This document shows, one piece after another, positions 59,601-64,000 of a stretch of DNA of 64,000 nucleotides. Origin of the DNA: an uncultured Actinomycetes bacterium (lineage in GTDB: Bacteria; Actinomycetota; Thermoleophilia; UBA2241); assembly GCA_963709345.1 (NCBI GenBank), contig CAVPVX010000007.1, positions 416,001 to 480,000 of the forward strand, read 5' to 3'. The notes below the pieces were generated by a model that was not told the origin of the DNA, did not search any database, and worked only from the letters and a program-made list of their open reading frames with translations. Position 1 is the first letter of the stretch, and each line of letters starts with the position of its first letter. The position numbers and the translations under genes were made by a program.

Positions 59601-62259
59601 ATGACGACCGCCCCCGACACTCTCCCGCCCGCCCTGCACGGCCTGAGCACCGCTGAGGCCGACCGCCGGCGTGCAGCCGGCCAGGGCAACGACGTCGAGA
59701 TCAAGGCCGGGCGCACCTACGGGCGCATCGTCCGCGACAACGTCTTCAACTTCATCAACAACCTCTTCTACTTCCTCGGCATCCTCCTGCTCATCCTGGG
59801 CAAGCCGCTCGACGCGTTCGCGGTGGTCTTCGTCATCGCCGCGAACACGATCATCAGCCTCGTACAGGAGATCCGCGCCAAGCGCGTGATGGACCGGATC
59901 GGCGATCCTGCCGCGGCCCAAGGCCGACGTGGTACGCGACGGCGAGGTGCGCGAGCTCGACCCGTCGCAGGTGGTGCTCGGCGACATCCTGTACGTGCAG
60001 CCGGGCGACCAGGTCGTGGTCGACGGGCCGATGGTCGGCGAGCGGCCGCATGGAGATGGACGAGTCGCTGCTCACCGGCGAGTCCGACCTCGTGACCAAG
60101 CACCCCGGCGACGAACTCATGTCGGGCAGCTTCTGCGTGACGGGCGGCGGCTACTACGAGGCCGCCAAGGTGGGTCTCGACAGCTTCGCCAACAAGCTCA
60201 CCGCCAAGGCCAAGGTCTTCAAGCGCGAGCTGACGCCGCTGCAGCGCCAGGTCGTGCAGATCGTCCGCGTTCTGCTGATCGTCGTGGTCGTCTTCGAGAC
60301 CCTCGTCTGGATCCGCAACATCGTCGGCGGCGTGCCCTTCGTCGAGAGCGTGCGCATGTCCACGGTGATCCTCGCGCTCATCCCCAACGGACTCGTGCTC
60401 TCGATCGCCCTGACCTACGCGCTCGGCGCCGTGCGCCTGCTGGGCAAGGACATGCTGGTGCAGCAGTTCAACGCCGTCGAGTCCTCAGCAACGTCGACGT
60501 GCTGTGCACCGACAAGACGGGCACGCTCACCTCGGGCGTGATCGCGTTCGAGGAGCTGGACGCGCTCGGGCGCCGACGAGGCGCGCGCAGCGCGCCTGCT
60601 CGGCGCCTTCGCCGCCGGCACGACCGACGCCAACCGCACCATCGAGGCGCTGCGCGCGGCGTTCCCGGCGGCCGCGGCGAGCCGGCGGCGCACGAAGCCT
60701 TCTTCTCGTCGGCAGCGCAAGTGGAGCGGCCTCGCCTTCGACGACGGCGAGCTCGCGCGGCACGTACGTGCTCGGCGCGCCCGAGATGCTGGCGCCGGCG
60801 CTTGCGCGCCGGCGCCGACTGGCGGCGGGCGCGCCGACGAGTGGGCCACGCGCGGCCTGCGCGTGGTGCTGTTCGCCGGGCTGGCCGAGCCGGTCTCCTT
60901 CGGCGACCCCGACGGCCGCGCCCGAGCTGCCGCCCGGCCTGGAGGCGCTGGCGCTCATCTGCTTCAGCGACGAGCTGCGCCCGGGCGTGCGCGCAGACGC
61001 TGGAGGAGTTCTCCGACGCCGGCATCGACGTCAAGATCATCTCGGGCGACAACCCGCGCACGGTCACCGCCCTGGCGACCCAGGCCGGCCTGCAGACGCT
61101 CCGCCGGCCCGAGGGCGTCGACTCCTACTGCGCGATGATCCTGGGCCACGAGCGGCGTGACGCGCTCCGCCGCTGACGAACGCGAGATCGTCGCCACCTC
61201 CGGCGCGGAGCTGGCCGAGCTCTCGGCCGAGCAGTTCGCCGCGACGGCCGACGAGGCCAGCGTGTTCGGCCGGGTGACCCCCGAGCAGAAGCAGGACCTG
61301 GTCGACGCCCTGCGCGACCACGGCCGCTACGTGGCGATGATCGGCGACGGCGTCAACGACGTCATCGCCCTCAAGCAGGCCAACGTCGCCGTCGCCATGC
61401 AGGGCGGCAGCCAGGCGGCGCGCGGCGTCGGCGACCTCATCCTGCATGAAGGACACCTTCCAGCCGCTCCCCTTCGCGTTCCGCGAGGGCCAGCGCATCA
61501 TCAACGGGATGAACGACATCCTGCGCATCTTCATGGTGCGCATCTTCTTCAAGGCGATCATGATCGCCGTCGTGACCACGCTCGGCGGCTTCCCCTTCGC
61601 GCCCGCGGCAGTCGGCTCTTCTCTCGTTCGTCGGCGCCACCGTCCCGGCCATCGCCTTCGCGCTGTGGGCGCAACCCGGGCCGACGCCCAAGGTGGGCCT
61701 CTTCAAGCTGCTGGCGCGATTCGTGCTACCCACGACGCTCCTGATGTCGGGCATGGCGACCGCCATCTATCTCGCCTGGGCGATCCCGGCCAAGAACAGC
61801 TACCTGGCCACGCATCCCGGCGCCGGCTCCAAGGAGCTCATCGAGTTCGCCTACCCGCCGGCGATGACGGCGCTCACGCTCTTCGCCTGCTTCGCCGCCA
61901 TCCTCCTGATCCTGCTCATCGTGCCGCCGAGCCCGTGGTGGGCCGGCGGCGCCCCGGTCGTGCGCAACGACTGGCGCATGGTGGGCGTCGTGGTGTTCCT
62001 GCTCGCCTGGATGGCCGCCGTCCTGGCCGTACCCCTGGGCCGCCTGCTCTTCGAGATCACGGCGTTGCCGGTGTGGCAGTACTTCGTGCTGTTCGGCCTG
62101 GCGGTGGTGTGGACACTGCTCTGCCGCCTCGTGTGGCGCAGCCGGGTCCTTGACCGCTGGCTCGGCACGGCGGAAGACCCGGGCAATCTGTGCGCGAAGG
62201 CCGCCGCCAAGGCGGCGACGGAGGCCGAGGCCGGCGCGGGAGCGATCAAGACCGCCTGA
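59601..62259 (+). CDS. Cation-transporting P-type ATPase (CtpE-like; multiple frameshifts)
   Basis: DESLLTGES, IPNGL, DKTGT, ISGDNP, GRVTPEQK, MIGDGVND. Confidence 0.88.
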
Positions 62260-62284
62260 CGGAGGGCGACGCGGCCGGACGCCG

Positions 62285-62962
62285 CTAGGCGATCCCGGCC
62301 GACGGGCACATTCCCGCCAGCGGGCACTCGCCGCACTTCGGTCGCCGGGCGTGGCAGATGCGGCGGCCGTGCCGCACGAAGTCCACGTGCACGGCGTAGA
62401 CCTGGGCCGCGTCGTCCGGCCCCGCCAGCTCGGTGAGCAGCGGGTGCGCCTGCTCGGCGCTCACCTTCTCAGCGATGATCCCGAGCCGCCGCGCGACACG
62501 GTGCACGTGCGTGTCGACCGGCATGACCGGACGCTCCAGAGCGAAGAGCAGCACGCAGGCGGCCGTCTTGGGGCCCACGCCGGGCAGCGCCACAAGGTAC
62601 GCCTGCGCCTCGCCGTCGGTCATCCCGTCGAGCACGCTCAGGTCAGGCGCGCCGGTACGTTCGCTGATCGCCTCGAGGATGCGCTTGATGCGCGGCGCCT
62701 TGGTGTGCGCGAGGCCGCCGAGGGCGATGGCCTCCTCGATCACCTCGACCGCAGCGTCGCGAGCAGCGGTCCACTCGGGAAACCGCTCCTTGAGCGACGC
62801 AAACGTGCGCTCGGTGTTGACGTCGGCGGTGTTCTGCGAGAGGACGGTGAAGACGAGCTCGTCGACCGGCGGGTAGCGCGGCGAGAGCACAGGGCGGCCG
62901 TAGAAGTCGTCCAGCAGGTCGGCCGCCTCACGCAGCCGCGATCCGGGTGACGATGCGTTCAC
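62285..62962 (-). CDS. nth: Endonuclease III
   Basis: LSQNT, LPGVGPKTA HhH, VDTHVHR, C-x6-C-x2-C-x5-C Fe-S motif. Confidence 0.9.
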   Translation of the reverse strand: MNASSPGSRLREAADLLDDFYGRPVLSPRYPPVDELVFTVLSQNTADVNTERTFASLKERFPEWTAARDAAVEVIEEAIALGGLAHTKAPRIKRILEAISERTGAPDLSVLDGMTDGEAQAYLVALPGVGPKTAACVLLFALERPVMPVDTHVHRVARRLGIIAEKVSAEQAHPLLTELAGPDDAAQVYAVHVDFVRHGRRICHARRPKCGECPLAGMCPSAGIA

Positions 62963-63157
62963 GGCGAGAGAGTATACCAATGCTCGGCCGGGCCCCGACC
63001 CGTCGCCGAAGCAGGGCCGCCCCGTCTGATGGCGATGATCATGCGTCACTCCGGGGTCGGCTCTCCACCTCTCCACCCGCGAGCGCGTGAGCCCAGCCGC
63101 ACGCGTCGCCGATGGCGCGCGTGGTAGCCTCGCCGGATGATGGGCGACGAGGAGCGA

Positions 63158-64000
63158 ATGCGACGCGCGAACCAAGCCGAGGGCTGGCGCTTCTGGGTCG
63201 ACCGCGGCGGCACATTCACCGATGTCGTCGCACGGCGGCCCGACGGCGGCCTGGTCACGCGTAAGCTGCTCTCGGAGGACCCGGCGCGGTACGCGGACGC
63301 CGCCGTCCAGGGGGTGCGCGAGCTGCTCGGGCTGAGCGACGATGAACTGGTGCCGGCGGAGCTCGTCGCCGAGGTGCGCATGGGCACGACGGTGGCGACC
63401 AACGCGCTGCTCGAGCGCGCCGGGACGCCGACGCTGTACGTGACCACACGCGGCTTCGGCGACGCCCTGCGCATCGGCTACCAGGACCGGCCGGACATCT
63501 TCGCACTCGACATCCGGCTGCCGGAGCCGGTGTACGCGCGAGTCCTCGAGGTGGACGAGCGCGTCGGCGCCGACGGCGACGTCGTACGCGCGCTCGACGA
63601 GGAGGGCGCGGCGCGCGGCCTTCGCGAGGCCCGCGGCGCCGGCTACGAAGCGGTCGCCATCGCCTTCATGCACGGCTACGCCCACCCGGAACACGAACGG
63701 CGCGTGGCGGAGCTGGCGCGCGCCGCCGGCTTCACCCAGGTCTCCGTCTCTCACGAGACGAGCCCGCTGATCAAGCTCGTCGGGCGCGGCGAGACGACCG
63801 TGGTCGACGCCTACCTCTCCCCCATCCTGCGCCGCTACGTCGACGCCCTCGCGGCGCAGTTGGGCGACGTGCGCCTGCGTTTCATGCAGTCGCACGGAGG
63901 ACTCACCGACGCCGGCCTGTTCCGCGGCAAGGACAGCATCCTCTCGGGCCCCGCCGGCGGTGTGGTCGGCGCGGTCGCCACCTGCCGCCGCGCCGGGTAC
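63158..64000 (+). CDS. 5-oxoprolinase / hydantoinase A (5' part, runs off window)
   Basis: WVDRGGTFTD, MGTTVATNALLER, FMQSHGGL, ILSGPAGG. Confidence 0.9.
   Translation, partial: MRRANQAEGWRFWVDRGGTFTDVVARRPDGGLVTRKLLSEDPARYADAAVQGVRELLGLSDDELVPAELVAEVRMGTTVATNALLERAGTPTLYVTTRGFGDALRIGYQDRPDIFALDIRLPEPVYARVLEVDERVGADGDVVRALDEEGAARGLREARGAGYEAVAIAFMHGYAHPEHERRVAELARAAGFTQVSVSHETSPLIKLVGRGETTVVDAYLSPILRRYVDALAAQLGDVRLRFMQSHGGLTDAGLFRGKDSILSGPAGGVVGAVATCRRAGY

Noticed and set aside
58450-61700. Fragmented nrfA and P-type ATPase
   Set aside because: Same pattern of dense single-base indels across unrelated neighbouring genes, best explained as assembly error

Overview
A very GC-rich bacterial chromosome segment. 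The host is inferred to be a deep-branching, probably anaerobic Actinomycetota (Thermoleophilia-like), based on many leaderless TANNNT-N6/7-start genes and the tRNA-Ser/Arg, tadA, SRP RNA, dnaX-ybaB-recR neighbourhood. It has five tRNAs, a long (Alu-domain) SRP RNA, a cysH-cysD-cysNC sulfate-activation operon, two acetyl-CoA synthetases, an acyl-CoA ligase/GNAT fusion, nrfHA, transporters and peptidases. Two systems stand out. (1) A complete integron just downstream of tRNA-Ser(CGA): an intact IntI transcribed toward its array (inverted architecture), an attI-like site, four attC hairpins and five cassettes, including two toxin-antitoxin modules. (2) A pyruvate:ferredoxin oxidoreductase operon whose beta subunit is fused to the C-terminus of a NuoG/GltD-like (StnC-like) subunit and co-encoded with HydC/HydB-like subunits carrying electron-bifurcation signatures. 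Dense single-base frameshifts at about 43-46 kb and 58-62 kb look like sequencing or assembly errors rather than real pseudogenes.
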